Below the pieces are notes generated by a model. It did no database searches and was not told the origin of the DNA. It saw nothing but the letters and a program-made list of their open reading frames with translations. The position numbers were made by a program, and so were the translations under genes. A stretch of 63,874 nucleotides of DNA, the filler included, from Craspedostauros australis (taxonomy: Eukaryota): assembly GCA_030167865.1 (NCBI GenBank). It is 4 parts of 4 records of this genome, joined end to end, with 100 filler letters (N's around TTAATTAATTAA, not from the genome) between each part and the next. Parts side by side here need not be neighbours in the genome. Positions count along the whole stretch, not along the records: positions 15,542 to 31,588 come from JALAGF010003001.1; positions 31,689 to 62,714 come from JALAGF010003002.1; 2 more parts are not named here. One strand, given 5' to 3'. Below, one piece after another: positions 25,969-38,081 of the stretch. The stretch's first letter is position 1. Each line of letters begins with the position of its first letter.

Positions 25969-26520
25969 CGAGAAGGCGCTCCAACGGAGATCGGCACACA
26001 GCATTACACGAGCACGAGCACGAGTACGAACACGACCACGACGACACCACCTGCACTTTACAAATACGAATAGATGGATGCATGAGCGCAATCTGATCCA
26101 AACAGTCTTGATACACGGAAGAATCCCTACATAGCACGATCGCACTAGTACTATCACCGTACATAGTACTCATACTCTTACTTGTACTCTTGCATGGGAA
26201 AGGCATTTTGGCAGATGATGTCCGAACCCAAAGGGAAGCAATGGATTGTTCGGATTTCGTCCATAGGAGCATTGCCTTCCTCCTGCCCGATCTCCCCATG
26301 CCATAAATCGAAGGTAAAATAGACGTTTTCGCAACAAGAAATCGTCACACAAGTTTGACATGTGCCCAATCCAGCAGTTCGTGCGAAAAGTCTTCCATTC
26401 GATGCATCGGTGAAGTGCTCTCGCCATCAACTTCGATGCTCATCCAAGCACAAGAAGACAAGTGTGGACGAAAAGGAAGCGCCTTGTCTGGTGGCGGTTG
26501 TGTCAGGAGCCTCAAGATCC

Positions 26521-26527
26521 AAAAAAA
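26521..26527 (-). terminator. RNA polymerase III oligo-T terminator of tRNA-Val
   Basis: T7 on the minus strand, 3 nt after the discriminator base. Confidence 0.8.
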
Positions 26528-26530
26528 GAG

Positions 26531-26604
26531 TACAAAGACCGGGAATCGAACCCGGGACCTCAGCTGTGTGAAAGCCGCGTCATAACCAACTAGACCATCT
26601 CTGC
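26531..26604 (-). tRNA. trnV-CAC: tRNA-Val (anticodon CAC)
   Basis: Reverse complement folds as a cloverleaf: GCAGAGA/TCTTTGT acceptor stem, D-arm GTCTAGTTGGTTATGAC, anticodon arm CGGCT-TTCACAC-AGCTG, T-arm CCGGG-TTCGATT-CCCGG. Confidence 0.93.
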
Positions 26605-27964
26605 TGCTCTGGCCTTTCTGGATAATCTTTGGTACAAGTATGTATGTTTTTGGAAATAGTCCAACCACGTTCTGTTCCAACTTGTCCATCTCCCGCCACA
26701 GACACACGTGCTTGCGTCATTTTTCGAAACTAGACCTATCTGTCACGACTTTCATAGGCCGTCGGACATGCTGGATGATGCGTCTCAGCTCACCCTGCCG
26801 TGCACTGAACTTGAGTACGCTTCCAATTGCACAGCACGCTCGAATCACGCTTTCGTATCCTTTGGCAATGCTCTTCTTTCCATTCCCGTCGTCCTTGACT
26901 GCTCGGTTTGAATCCCTACTGCATGTGTTTTGTTGGCTTGCAGGTCCTATCAAGAGCGTGTAATGATATTGAATGTCAGAACTACTCGACGAGCTATTGT
27001 GCCATACATTCTATTATAAAACATTATATTCTATTCTACAATACAATACCATGCAATAGAGAGGAGATTGTTCCGCATCGGATGCAAGATCTCGAAGCCT
27101 CTCCGATCATTCATTCCTTGATGACGAATTGTTCGCTGTCATCGAACCTTCCCATATGTATAGTCAACAAGCGGGAGAGTCTCAGCCTCTTCCGAGTACG
27201 ATGGCAACCGGATCGAGATGTGGTGCACTTCCTGAATGATCGTGGGAGAAAGCCGGAATACATAGTATGTGTAATACTCTGAGCTACGATGATGGACAGA
27301 GCAGAAGACACGCTCTTCTTGCCAGCATCCAATCCGAAAGATCTCAACACGTCAGTGCGATCCCGGTATTTTGTCCGCCTTTTCGGTTTCATTTTATTCT
27401 CCGTCTGTGCCGAAAAAGTCATGGATGCCACCTGAACTCACACCGTTGGAACGAAGCACAACAAACGAAGGAGGCGGAGGTTGTCGGCGGCACATCTTGG
27501 GGGTCATGGCCGCTCACACATTTGCATATGTTCCGTAATGTCCAAAACATCCGCATCAGGGTCGTTGATATCCCATCCACTTTCCACTTCGCCACATCGC
27601 CACATCGCGGCCAGGCCATGTCATGCCATCGATGGCTTAGATAATAGCTGTGGTATTGCGTTTCGCAACATTCTATGCCCATGGACCGCCAGCACAACGC
27701 AATGCGACGCAATACAATGAGATGCGATGTGAGATGATGCAGCGAAGAGGAAGCCAAAGTGCTTCGTGCGCTGCGCCCTTTGGGACCGACGTCCAAGGAT
27801 CGCCAGTATGTCTCATAAAACCATAAAGAGCACCAGCTGCAACAATCACTGCAACAACCTGCGAGCCGACTGCCTCAGCAATCGCACTTCCCACCACAGC
27901 AACACCAGCAACACCAGCAACAACTCCGCAAAGCTCTCGCAACTTTCGAAAACCCGCTCACAAC

Positions 27965-30598
27965 ATGATCCGCAAGGTCGTTCGACGCATGTCCATTGGT
28001 AGCATCTCATCACTGTCCAAGTTGGCAAAGAAATCTCGCAACAAGTCGCACGGCAGCAACTCGGACATCAACTTCGACCACGAGGCATTCTCCTGCTCCT
28101 CCGACTCCTTCGGATCCATCGATTCATTTTCTTCCAATCCAGAGGGAGACGAGATAGTGCACATCATTCAAATGGACAGCGACGTTGAGGCCCAATCCGA
28201 GAACAGTGACGATGTTTCGTACTTCATCGAAGAGGTGGCCAGCCGTGGGAGCCGCAGCGATGGCAGAGACAGAGACAGCGACAGTCACAACGATAGCCAC
28301 AGTCGCAGCTACACCAACAGTCGCAGCCGTAGCTACACCGGGAGCTACAGCAGCAGCGAAAGCGGCACCGTCTTCTACAGCGACAGCAACAGCAATAGCC
28401 ACAGCCACAGCCACAGCCGTAGCTACAACCACAGCTATGGCGACAACGAAGAGATGGAGGTAGAAGTAGAGATGGAGAATGAGTCTCCCACGGCCGGTGG
28501 TGGTGAACACCCACCAGGCACTCGAAGCAGAGGCCGCATCATGGTCCAAACCGACGATCCTCGCGTCGCAGAGCAACTGCTGTTGGCGGAACAGCAGCTC
28601 GAATCCGGAAATCACAGTATGTCCTTGGAGGAGGCGCTCAACCATTCGCAACCGTCCTTCGCGGAATGCACCGTGGAGGACCTGGCCCAGTATTCGTACA
28701 ACACGGACATCATGGAGGTCGCAGATGCTGACGCCAAGGACAGCAGCAGCAGCAAACGCAAAAGCAAGAACAAGCGCCGCAGCAAGAGCAAGGACAGGTC
28801 GAAGAGCAAGCGCGGCAGCAAGGATAAGAAGACGAAGAGGAAAGACAAGAAGAAGAGCAAGCGTAGCAGCCAAGACAGGCACTCCAGGATCACCAGCGAT
28901 GACGACGACTCTTCGTACATCCTCGCAGTGAAACCCGAGGAGGAGGCATTGTTCCAGCCACACCCCCGCGCCAATGCTAACGCTAGCATGAACTTCAACG
29001 CCAACGCCACTGGCACGGGGCATGAGGGTCACAGGACAAAGGACCAGGAGAAGGAAGAGGAAGAGGAAGGGCCAGGCTACAAACGCTTCCTCAAGCCGTC
29101 GACCTGTCGCCGGGAAGAGCCCAGCGATGGCAGTGGCGACAAGACCAAGAAACCATCTCGCGATCGCTATGTCATAACGCCATCCCAGTTCTCTCCGGCC
29201 TTGCAGGCATTGATCCAGGCAGAGATCTCGGAGGGGACGGCGGCGACGGCACCGACAACCGTTTCCATCCAAGATGACCATCACGACGCTGAACCAAGAT
29301 CAAAGTCCAAGAAGAAGAGCAAGAAGTCCAAGAAATCCAAGAAAAGCAGCAAGAAGAGCAGCTCGAAAGACAAGAGCAAGCGCAGCGGCGACCATGGCAA
29401 GCCGAAGGCCTTGCAGGCACATCCCAGCTCTCATTCCACATTTTCTGCCACCTTCGGATCCAACGATGGACACTATGCCTCCGATCATCACAGCGTTGGA
29501 AACCAGAGCGGTGACATGACTGCCGTCACCATGGGAGGACCGAAGAGGGGAAAGAAGCCAAAGAGGAAGATGAAGAGGTCCTCATCAGTGAGCGATATCA
29601 ATACGACATTCGATAAGCCCACGAACAACATGATGCTCAGCGCCACCACCCACAGCCACGACCACTTCCTTGGCCACAGCCACGATCACAGTCGCAGCCG
29701 CAGCCGCAGCCGCAACTCCACCCCAAACTTCGGCATGAGCAAGAGCTGCCATTCCAAAAAGTCCATCTCCACCATGAACAAGCAAAAGCGAGGCAAGCAG
29801 AGCAGCAAGTCTGGAAGACGGGTATTGACGAAGTTCGACGTCGACAACTCCGGAGCCATTGGTGGGCATGGCAATAACAACAGCAACAAAAAGAGCCACA
29901 GCCAACACCACAGAATCAACAGTAGCAACAATAAAAACAACACCGCACACAAGCGCGGAAAGGTGGAAGCAAAAGCCCACAAACTGCCGATCAGCTCCAT
30001 CGAGTTCAAGACCGATGCGCAAGACGAAGATGACCTCAGCGACATTGAAAAGGATTTCCGCAACGACGCGAAGGCAGGATTATTCGCACCGATCTCCAAC
30101 CTTCAGCAACGCCTGTTGTCGCTCGGAGCGCCGATCGAGCACATCCAGCTCCCAGATCAGCAGGGCAACGTCATCAAGAAGCAGCACATCACCCAGAACC
30201 AGGTCCTCGTGCGCAAGGTCATGGGACGCAAGCGATCCGGTGGCAACCTGTACGATATGAACGACCTCCCACAGCGCATCGAGAAGAACTCGAGCAAGAA
30301 CAGCATGAGCAGCTTCCTGCAGGGCGGCACATCGACGGCATCCACCGGCGGTCTCAACGCATCGTGGGCCAGCCCCACACCACGCCACGCACCAAGCAAG
30401 AGTGCCATCTGGGACAATATCAATGCCGGCAAGCACAGCACGAACAAGAACGCAAAGATCCCTGGTTGGCTGTACGACGAGATGCACCGCAAGGGTCAAC
30501 TGACGACGCACAAGCATTCAAGTTCTACCGCCCATGGGATTCGCGCAGATCTGCTCGCACCAAAGCATTCCATGAAAGCAGGATATCACAACAATTAG
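27965..30598 (+). CDS. Lys/Ser/His-rich, probably disordered protein (877 aa)
   Basis: Long uninterrupted ORF with strong codon bias, poly-K/S basic tracts and SR/SH dipeptide runs. Confidence 0.8.
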   Translation: MIRKVVRRMSIGSISSLSKLAKKSRNKSHGSNSDINFDHEAFSCSSDSFGSIDSFSSNPEGDEIVHIIQMDSDVEAQSENSDDVSYFIEEVASRGSRSDGRDRDSDSHNDSHSRSYTNSRSRSYTGSYSSSESGTVFYSDSNSNSHSHSHSRSYNHSYGDNEEMEVEVEMENESPTAGGGEHPPGTRSRGRIMVQTDDPRVAEQLLLAEQQLESGNHSMSLEEALNHSQPSFAECTVEDLAQYSYNTDIMEVADADAKDSSSSKRKSKNKRRSKSKDRSKSKRGSKDKKTKRKDKKKSKRSSQDRHSRITSDDDDSSYILAVKPEEEALFQPHPRANANASMNFNANATGTGHEGHRTKDQEKEEEEEGPGYKRFLKPSTCRREEPSDGSGDKTKKPSRDRYVITPSQFSPALQALIQAEISEGTAATAPTTVSIQDDHHDAEPRSKSKKKSKKSKKSKKSSKKSSSKDKSKRSGDHGKPKALQAHPSSHSTFSATFGSNDGHYASDHHSVGNQSGDMTAVTMGGPKRGKKPKRKMKRSSSVSDINTTFDKPTNNMMLSATTHSHDHFLGHSHDHSRSRSRSRNSTPNFGMSKSCHSKKSISTMNKQKRGKQSSKSGRRVLTKFDVDNSGAIGGHGNNNSNKKSHSQHHRINSSNNKNNTAHKRGKVEAKAHKLPISSIEFKTDAQDEDDLSDIEKDFRNDAKAGLFAPISNLQQRLLSLGAPIEHIQLPDQQGNVIKKQHITQNQVLVRKVMGRKRSGGNLYDMNDLPQRIEKNSSKNSMSSFLQGGTSTASTGGLNASWASPTPRHAPSKSAIWDNINAGKHSTNKNAKIPGWLYDEMHRKGQLTTHKHSSSTAHGIRADLLAPKHSMKAGYHNN

Positions 30599-30724
30599 GT
30601 CGCCGGCACCATGCGAGTACACGCATGCGCGCACACGAACATACAGAAGCACGCATGCACGCATACACTGATGCAGAGTTCCCTCGTCGACAACCGTGCG
30701 TCGGCCTTGAGGAACAGTTCTTTA

Positions 30725-31588
30725 GACATATATATATAACACACGGATTATAACTGTTAAGTCATGCGCCGAGGGCGCTTTTATTCCGCCTCGTTGATTC
30801 AACGTGTATGCACGCAGCGGGAACGGATTGACACTAGGTGTCGGTGTGTGGAGGCGTCTGCTCTGAGGTCGGGTCAGCATCAGGCTGGGTTCGAGGGGCG
30901 AGTGGCTGGTGCTCGGTGGCGACGTCGCTGGTTTTTCATCCAGTTGGTGAGTACGGTCGGGATGTCCGGTGCCGCGAGGCCGAGTCCTTGTTGCATCGCT
31001 TGGACCCACGGGACTAGGGCGGCGATTTGGGCTGTTGCTGGTGGGTTGGACCATAGCGGTCGCAGCACTGCTGGGATCGCGTCGGTGGGTGTTGTACGGA
31101 GGCGGTGAAGCTGTTGTTGAAGGAGAGCCGTCATGCCTTGCGACGTCTGCTCCGCCTTGGTTTCGTTGCGGTCATGCCACTGTTGCAGGACGGTATGCCA
31201 CATGAGGTTTGTGATGCTCACTTGCCAGTCTCGGAGCAGCTTGGGAGCACGTCGTCTCCGGTGAGGAGCCATTGGAGGGGCCTGGTCTCGCCACGAGGTG
31301 GACCAGCCGCCCCAGATTAGAGCTACCCAACCGATGTTGGCCTGTCTCACCTGGATGTTCTGAGTGGGCGACGTCCTTATGCCTGAGGGAGGAATGCCTC
31401 CAGATGTGATGCGCTTGATTGCCGTGCAAACTAGCTGGGCGACTTCGGGTGGGGTGGTGGGCGGTCTCACGATTGACCGCACTTTGAGGATGGCTTTGGC
31501 CCAAATGGACTGGCTCGCAGCGCTGGGACACATGAGGATGTGTGTGTTGTCTTCCGGCCTGCCGCACCTGGGGCATTCTGCGGATTGC
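30725..31588 (-). mobile_element. 3' end of a second, diverged non-LTR retrotransposon (CCHC knuckle + C-terminal domain), truncated by the gap
   Basis: The frame is open from the gap to 30880. It contains CPRCGRPEDNTHILMC, QANIGWVALIWGGWS and LMW...QWHDRN, in the same motif order as the element at 13-15 kb. A (TA)n patch lies at about 30728-30738. Confidence 0.75.
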
Positions 31589-31688
31589 NNNNNNNNNNNN
31601 NNNNNNNNNNNNNNNNNNNNNNNNNNNNNNNNTTAATTAATTAANNNNNNNNNNNNNNNNNNNNNNNNNNNNNNNNNNNNNNNNNNNN
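31589..31688. other. Assembly gap with artificial linker
   Basis: N44-TTAATTAATTAA-N44. Confidence 0.97.
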
Positions 31689-32855
31689 GAGGCCGCATTG
31701 GCGTTGAGGACTACATTGAGTTCTGCGATGGACTCGTATGTGGGTACCCCGACGATGGGTTCGACGACTGCCTGTGGAAAGGTGGCGAGGATCTTCTCGT
31801 GGCTGTTGGCCATGGTGATGATTTTTGGTGATGCTGGTCTTGGTGACCGAGATTTTCAAACGTTGGCTATTAGCGAACAACTGTCAATAAGACGAGTAGT
31901 GTGTGAATCAATGTTGTTCGCTAATATTATGAGATATTACATTGCTGAGCTGAGGAGTTGCGGTCTTGGCTCCTGCTAGTGTCTTGATCTGCTCTAGGAG
32001 GAAAGTGGGCGCGAGGTGCGCACTTTGCGTACGTCGGTCAGTCGGGTCACGTGCGGGACTGGAATCAATACCGCACTTCCTCGTCGTGTCTCATTGCTTT
32101 GCAAACCTCACGTGGGGTCTCATTTCTGATCGTTGGGGAGGGTCATCATCATCGCGGTTGTCGAACGGAGTTGCGATTGAACAGAAGTGATGATGGTGCT
32201 TGTGTGTGCGTGTTCGTGTGTGTCATTGTGGGCGACTGCCCAGTTGTTCAAGAACAACGAAATTCGACTAGACCGACTTGTTTTTGGCGCGGCTTTGGCG
32301 TTCGTGTTCGCTGTTGGCACCAACAAAAAGAACAACAAGGATGGCGACAGAAGATGCAATTGTTGATGGCAAGGAACACACCATTGTCGGTGTTGGCTCC
32401 GTTGCCTTGCATCACTCCACACTCGCAGGATCCTTGGTCGTCTCCACGTTCCAAGAATGTTGGGACAATGATGACTGCCGACGCCTGCGCCCACGATCAA
32501 CTTTCTCCTTCTGTGGCTGGCCACGATCACGATCAAGGACTATGTTCAAGCTGATATTCACGTTGGTGCCAAAGTTGATCGGGTGATCACAGAGTGGTAT
32601 CGCGGCAACAATGTGAAATGACAATCATCATCAAACAGTAATCAACGCAATGCCATGCACGCTGCGTGAAACAGAACATGGGATACCACCACCAACGACC
32701 ATGAAGCAGATCATGATCGCTTCATAAAAAGCAGACAGAGATGCGATCAAGCGACCACGATCATCCAAACAATCATTCAAATCATATAAAACGCCCGTCG
32801 CATTGATCTGATCTCAGCAACAAGTCATCCCTTTTCGACACACATCAGCTCCATC

Positions 32856-34820
32856 ATGGTCTTCATCCGTCCCCCACTCGTGGCGCTCTTCGCCTCACCA
32901 ATGCGCATTCGCAACCATCAAGTCCGGACATCACTCTCCACGGTCTCACCGTCTCTCTTTCCGCTCAAGTCGACCCCTGGTGATGCACCCCCGCCAGCCA
33001 TCACTGACTATGATCTCCTGCGCGCCGCAGAACAGGGAGATGTGGACACCCTCACCGCATGGAAGATGGAATTTCCACAAACCTCCATCGACACGATCAA
33101 GGATCACCGCGACAAGACTTCACTCCACCTCGCATGCTCCAACGGCCAACTTGAAACGATCAAACAGTTGATGGAGTCATGCGGAGCGGACATCAATGCC
33201 CAATCCATGGATGGAGAGACTGCGCTACACTATGCATGCGCACAGGGCAACGTCGATGTCGTGGAATACCTGGCCGGGTCACATACTGCAGATGTCAACC
33301 TCCAGGATAACTTCGGCAAGGTGGCACTCCACGACGCATGCACCGAGGGACATGTGGCCATCGTGAAGACTCTGATCGAGTCCTATTCTGCAAGCGCTCT
33401 CGCGCAAGATGAGAAGGGTGAGAATGTTCTCCAGGCTGCGTGTCTTCATGGACACTTGGATGTCGTGGAGTACCTCGTTGGATCATGTGGAGTGGACATC
33501 AATGTGCAAGATGATTTCGGCAATACTGCGATCCACAATGCGTGTCTCAAGGGTCATCTTGATATTTTGAAGCACATCACGGAGGCTCGTTCTGTGGACA
33601 TCGACGTCCAGAACAATGATGGCGATACCGCACTTCATATTGCTTACAGAAATAGTCATTTGGATGTTGCAGAGTACCTAGTAAAGTCGTGCAAAGCAGA
33701 TGTTCATGCTGAGAATGACATTGGCGACACAGCTCTTCACTGCGCAAGTGCCGCTGATCATCTGGATGTTGTGAGATGGTTGGTGAAGTCAGGCAAGGTG
33801 AACATCAATGCCAAAGACCAGAATGGCGATACTGCCCTTCACTTCGCAAGTGCTGGAGGTCATCTGGATTTGGTGAAGCATTTGGTGGACTCAGGCAAAT
33901 CCAACATCAACCCTGAGAATCATGAGGGCGAGACTCCACTCTACAAGGCATATTGCCACAGCCACTTCGATGTTGTCAAGCATCTCATCGGAACACCAAG
34001 CATCCATCCCAACTCCCAACACAAGGATGGCAACACCGTGCTCCATCTCGCAAGTGGCGATGGCCATCTCGATGTTGTGAAGCAGCTGGTTGACTCCGGC
34101 AAGGCCAATATCAACGCTGAGAACGACAACCGTGAGACTCCAATCTTCAAGGCATATCACAACAATCACTTCGACATTGTCAAGTATCTGGCCGCAGCAC
34201 CAAATGTTGATTTGAACGTAAAAGACAAGGGTGGCGACACCATTCTCCATCTCACAAGTGGTGATGGCCGTCTCGATGTTGTGAAGCAGCTGGTTGACTC
34301 CGGCAAGGCCAATATCAACGCTGAGAACGACAACCGTGAGACTCCAATCTTCAAGGCATATCACAACAATCATTTCGACATTGTCAAGTATCTGGTCGCA
34401 GCACCTACTGTCGATTTGAACGTCAAAGACGAGGATGGCGACACCATCCTCCATCACGCAACTACCGATGGACATCTCGATGTTGTTAAGTTGTTGGTTG
34501 AACAAGGGAAGGTAGACGCCAACATCAAAACCAGCGAGTCTGGCAGCACTGCAATGCACCTTGCGAGCACAAATGGCGGACTGGAGGTCGTGAAGTATTT
34601 GGTGGAAGTCTGCAACGCAGAAATCAACATTCAAAACAACGCCGGCAGAACTCCACTTTGGCGGGCAAGTTGGAATGGTAAAATGGAGGTGGTCAAGTAC
34701 TTGGTAGAATCGTGCAACGCAGACATCAGCATCATTGGTTTCGATGGCGACACTGCACTGGATAGTGTGAAAGGAAGGGGCCTCACTGATGTTGTCGACT
34801 ACTTGGCCTCTCTTGCTTGA
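32856..34820 (+). CDS. Ankyrin-repeat protein (about 17 repeats, 654 aa)
   Basis: Repeated GxTALHxA...GHLDVVxYLV...ADIN consensus. Internal 204-nt near-identical tandem duplication at about 34024-34431. Confidence 0.93.
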   Translation: MVFIRPPLVALFASPMRIRNHQVRTSLSTVSPSLFPLKSTPGDAPPPAITDYDLLRAAEQGDVDTLTAWKMEFPQTSIDTIKDHRDKTSLHLACSNGQLETIKQLMESCGADINAQSMDGETALHYACAQGNVDVVEYLAGSHTADVNLQDNFGKVALHDACTEGHVAIVKTLIESYSASALAQDEKGENVLQAACLHGHLDVVEYLVGSCGVDINVQDDFGNTAIHNACLKGHLDILKHITEARSVDIDVQNNDGDTALHIAYRNSHLDVAEYLVKSCKADVHAENDIGDTALHCASAADHLDVVRWLVKSGKVNINAKDQNGDTALHFASAGGHLDLVKHLVDSGKSNINPENHEGETPLYKAYCHSHFDVVKHLIGTPSIHPNSQHKDGNTVLHLASGDGHLDVVKQLVDSGKANINAENDNRETPIFKAYHNNHFDIVKYLAAAPNVDLNVKDKGGDTILHLTSGDGRLDVVKQLVDSGKANINAENDNRETPIFKAYHNNHFDIVKYLVAAPTVDLNVKDEDGDTILHHATTDGHLDVVKLLVEQGKVDANIKTSESGSTAMHLASTNGGLEVVKYLVEVCNAEINIQNNAGRTPLWRASWNGKMEVVKYLVESCNADISIIGFDGDTALDSVKGRGLTDVVDYLASLA

Positions 34821-35248
34821 TGAGAGCATAGCTGTAACTTGGACAAGAACCAACCAACCACCTGTCAAAGTAGTCTCGCTTAGCAGTTGTCAAGTGCTTC
34901 ACATCCATCGTTGACGTAAGTCAGTCGTTACTATTCTATCGCTCAGTGGGCTACAATGATTGCACCATGAGAGGATGGTACACTGTTCTGTGCTTATCGT
35001 CGCTTCGTGTTGCGAGGTCATGGTACCTCTGTCCAGCCCATGCGTTGTGACGTGTTGTGGCAGATACATGTATGGCATGCGATTGCGCTTTGCCTCGTTC
35101 GGAGGCAAGCGGCGCCATGGTCTGGGGTTCACAATAAATCTCAAAGCTACCATTGGCGCCGTGATGCAGGTGATGTGTTCATCCCTATGTTGATGTGTGT
35201 TGGTGTGTTGTTGTGGCGCATTGTGGTTGCACCTCAACCCACCAAGTG

Positions 35249-36598
35249 TCAACGTGCTTTCTTCTGCACACCCATCTCCTCATCGGCGTCAGCCTCAGAA
35301 CCTTCATTCTCTTCGTCCTGGTTCAGCTTGTTCATTGCGGCAGTCTCCATGCGAAGGGCAGACTCGAAGACGGCGGCATCCTCGTCGTTGCTGCAGGCGT
35401 CAATCTCCTCGCGGAGTCCCTTGATGTTCGACAGGATGCGCTCGCGGCGGACGGAGTAAGACTCACTCTCTGTGGCGAGAGCCTTCTGGAGCTCGAGGTA
35501 TTCCTTTGGAACGGCGGTGGAACCGGCCTCATCCACAAGCACGTTGGTTCCCAAGTGCATGTTGCGGTTGCTCTGGTGGTCTGGCTTCATGCCGGCGGCG
35601 CGCTCCTCTGGGGTGCCAATGTACACCTCATCGAGCTGGAAGCCAGAGACGGCCTTGTGAATGGAGGCAAGGACCCAGGCTCCGGAGCAGATACCAGTGA
35701 CTTCCAACAACAGACAGAACTGAAGGAAGATGTAGACAATTGGGTTGGAAAGGAAGGCGATTGGGAAGACGGACGCGACCAGCTGCCATGTGATAGAGGT
35801 GCTGATGAGGGCTCCGAGAAGTCCGGTGTTGAAGAATTCCTGGGTGCTGTCGGAGACTCCGAAGATGTTCTCGCCAGTTCCGACTTCGACAGCAAGAGTG
35901 GTGACACAGGCGATGATGAAGAAGTACATGGACACGCAGATCTGACGTCCGATCATGAATCCTGGAAGGTTGCGTCCGTCACCGCGGAAGAGGAGCTCGC
36001 AGGTCTTGCGGGCCATTGGGTGGTCTCCACAATCCTCCTTTGGAAGCTTGGCGACGGCGAAGAAGGCGATCAGCATACCCTCGAGCATACCGACGATGGC
36101 CATGAAGAGGGCGACCAGGGTGACGGCCATGGCGTAGCACAGGATGGCGAGGGAGATGAGGGTGCGGCCCCAGTCGAAGAGGTTTTGGGCACCGTCGCGT
36201 GGTGGTTCCTTCGACTCGATTTCCTTGCCAGAGGCCCAGACGAAGAACATCTGGATGAGGTAGCACGAGTGCAGAAGTCCGGAGAACTCGATGGCGAGGG
36301 CGACGTAGACGGCGAAGAAGTTGTTGATGTAGTCAAGCATGCACAGGGAGGCGTTGACTTGGGAGTTGAGCTGTCCGGCTTGGGCGGTCATGAGGATCAT
36401 GGCGGCTCCGGATCCGAGGAAGATCTGGATGATGATATCTGGGAGTCCGAAGACCTCGGCATCGGCGAGTGGGGCACCGCACTGGTTGATGGTGAAGATC
36501 ATGAGGAGGACCATGGACTGATGTCCCATGAGGTAGCGGTGGACTGGTGGGAGACCGACGAGGGCACCCTGTCCTCGATGGTGTCAGCATCAGTTCAT
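35249..36598 (-). pseudogene. SIT: Silicon transporter (SIT) pseudogene with multiple internal deletions and damaged GXQ motifs
   Basis: SIT motifs GQLNSQVNAS..MLDYINN, IEFSGLLH, LEGMxIAFFAVAK, GFMIGRQ and a C-terminal coiled coil are present. The N-terminal TM region is missing: the remnant GQGALVGLPPV is fused to RYLMG behind an in-frame TGA. GRQ is changed to GHQ, GMQ to GML, and the segment before MAIVG is deleted. Confidence 0.88.
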
Positions 36599-38081
36599 CG
36601 TGTTGGGTGCCGGAGACACCAATGCCTGAATGCATGAATGGATGAAACGGCGATCATGAGGACTCCATTTTTGCCTTGATCGGTTGTTATTCATCGCCTC
36701 GTTGATGGAAGAAGGTGGTGCCTGCCAGCGCTTCAGTGCGGACAGCGGCGCGACGATCATGATTGATGCTGATGTGGACTGTTGTGCAGATTTGAGAGTT
36801 GTTGTGTTGGACGGTGTTGGATGGTGTTGCGATGGGATGTGCTCTCGTTACTGCGCTCTCACTTGATAGAGGAGGACAGCACCGCGGTTGGTGGATGTGG
36901 ATCCTTCTGTTCTTCGAGTTCGCACATCCCAACACCACTTTTTCTGTGAGAACATCACCAACGAGAATCTCCGACTAGTATGACTATGACCGTTGCAGTT
37001 GCTGAACGATCTTTCTGGCGCCAAAAGAAACACAAAGAACCTGATCGATCACATTGTTTGACACAGTTGATTCGAACTGTTCGTTCTACGTTTTCATTGG
37101 TCCAGCTTGTGTTCTCTCTTGTCTCACCTCATCACAGTGTTGTGTGTCGAGATGTGCCCAGTCCCACCAAATCTGTGTATCACGAACATCTTTAGCTTCT
37201 TTTGTGGGAACTCCGAATCCAACTCCCGCCGAAAAAAGAGATCTTTGAGAATCAACTCACACAACAAGAACAACAACAAGAACGACATCAAGAGAGAGGC
37301 CAAGTGATGGAGGGAACACCAAGATGGACGATGATCGCAATTGCAATCACAATCATTGCGAACCATGAGGCATCCCACGAGAAGCTCAATCGGCGGCATG
37401 CTTCGTTGAGTACCGAAGTGGAATGGTGCGCGATGGGTTGAACGATCGTGTTCCCAACAACTTTGGCCAGCGAGTCACCCACGCTTCTGATGATGATGAT
37501 GGAGGGATGAGGATGACTCCCACTTCCGCTTGCCAATACTCCATCACTCCAGCACTCATGTTGTGCCGATGCATCGGTCGTGGTTGAAGAACAGTGAGCA
37601 CTCCACATGACACATGACCCATGACAACGAAGAAGGAGAAGCGACAGTCTCCACACTCACATCTCTCACACCCCTCACACCAGCACGTCTGCAACTCAAT
37701 GCACACTCACAGTTATCAGACGCTTCATCATCGTCACTGCTGCTGCTGCTGACGATGGCATCCCACCCTTGCGGCCAACGATGCCATCACCGTGCTTCAC
37801 TTTTCCAAACAAGATGCATTCCGTGGGACCTCCTGTGAGAAACCTACTCCTTCCTACTCGTACGAGCACAGCCATGAATGCGCACGGTGGTGGCTATCGC
37901 GATATCTCCAACATCATCGCATTATTGCGCCATGAGGCCTGCAACAGACAGCAGACACCGAGAAGAAGCGCTGCAAATCTCCACCCTCTCTCCAACCTCT
38001 CATAAAACTAAATCAGCCACAAACTGACACTTCCAGCAACTAAAGCAGCAACTAAAACAGCAACCAAAGCAACACCCAAAC

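Noticed and set aside
27111..27431. Possible small minus-strand gene (about 100 aa)
   Set aside because: Plausible start, but no motif or bias strong enough to call.
35249..36529. Functional SIT gene
   Set aside because: Lacks the N-terminal TM region, has internal deletions and has altered GXQ motifs; called a pseudogene.
35195..36637. 480-aa plus-strand ORF, and other long antisense ORFs (3505-4362, 28124-29284, 33891-34868, 54233-55369, 57870-58805)
   Set aside because: Shadow ORFs opposite codon-biased real genes, with no recognisable motifs.
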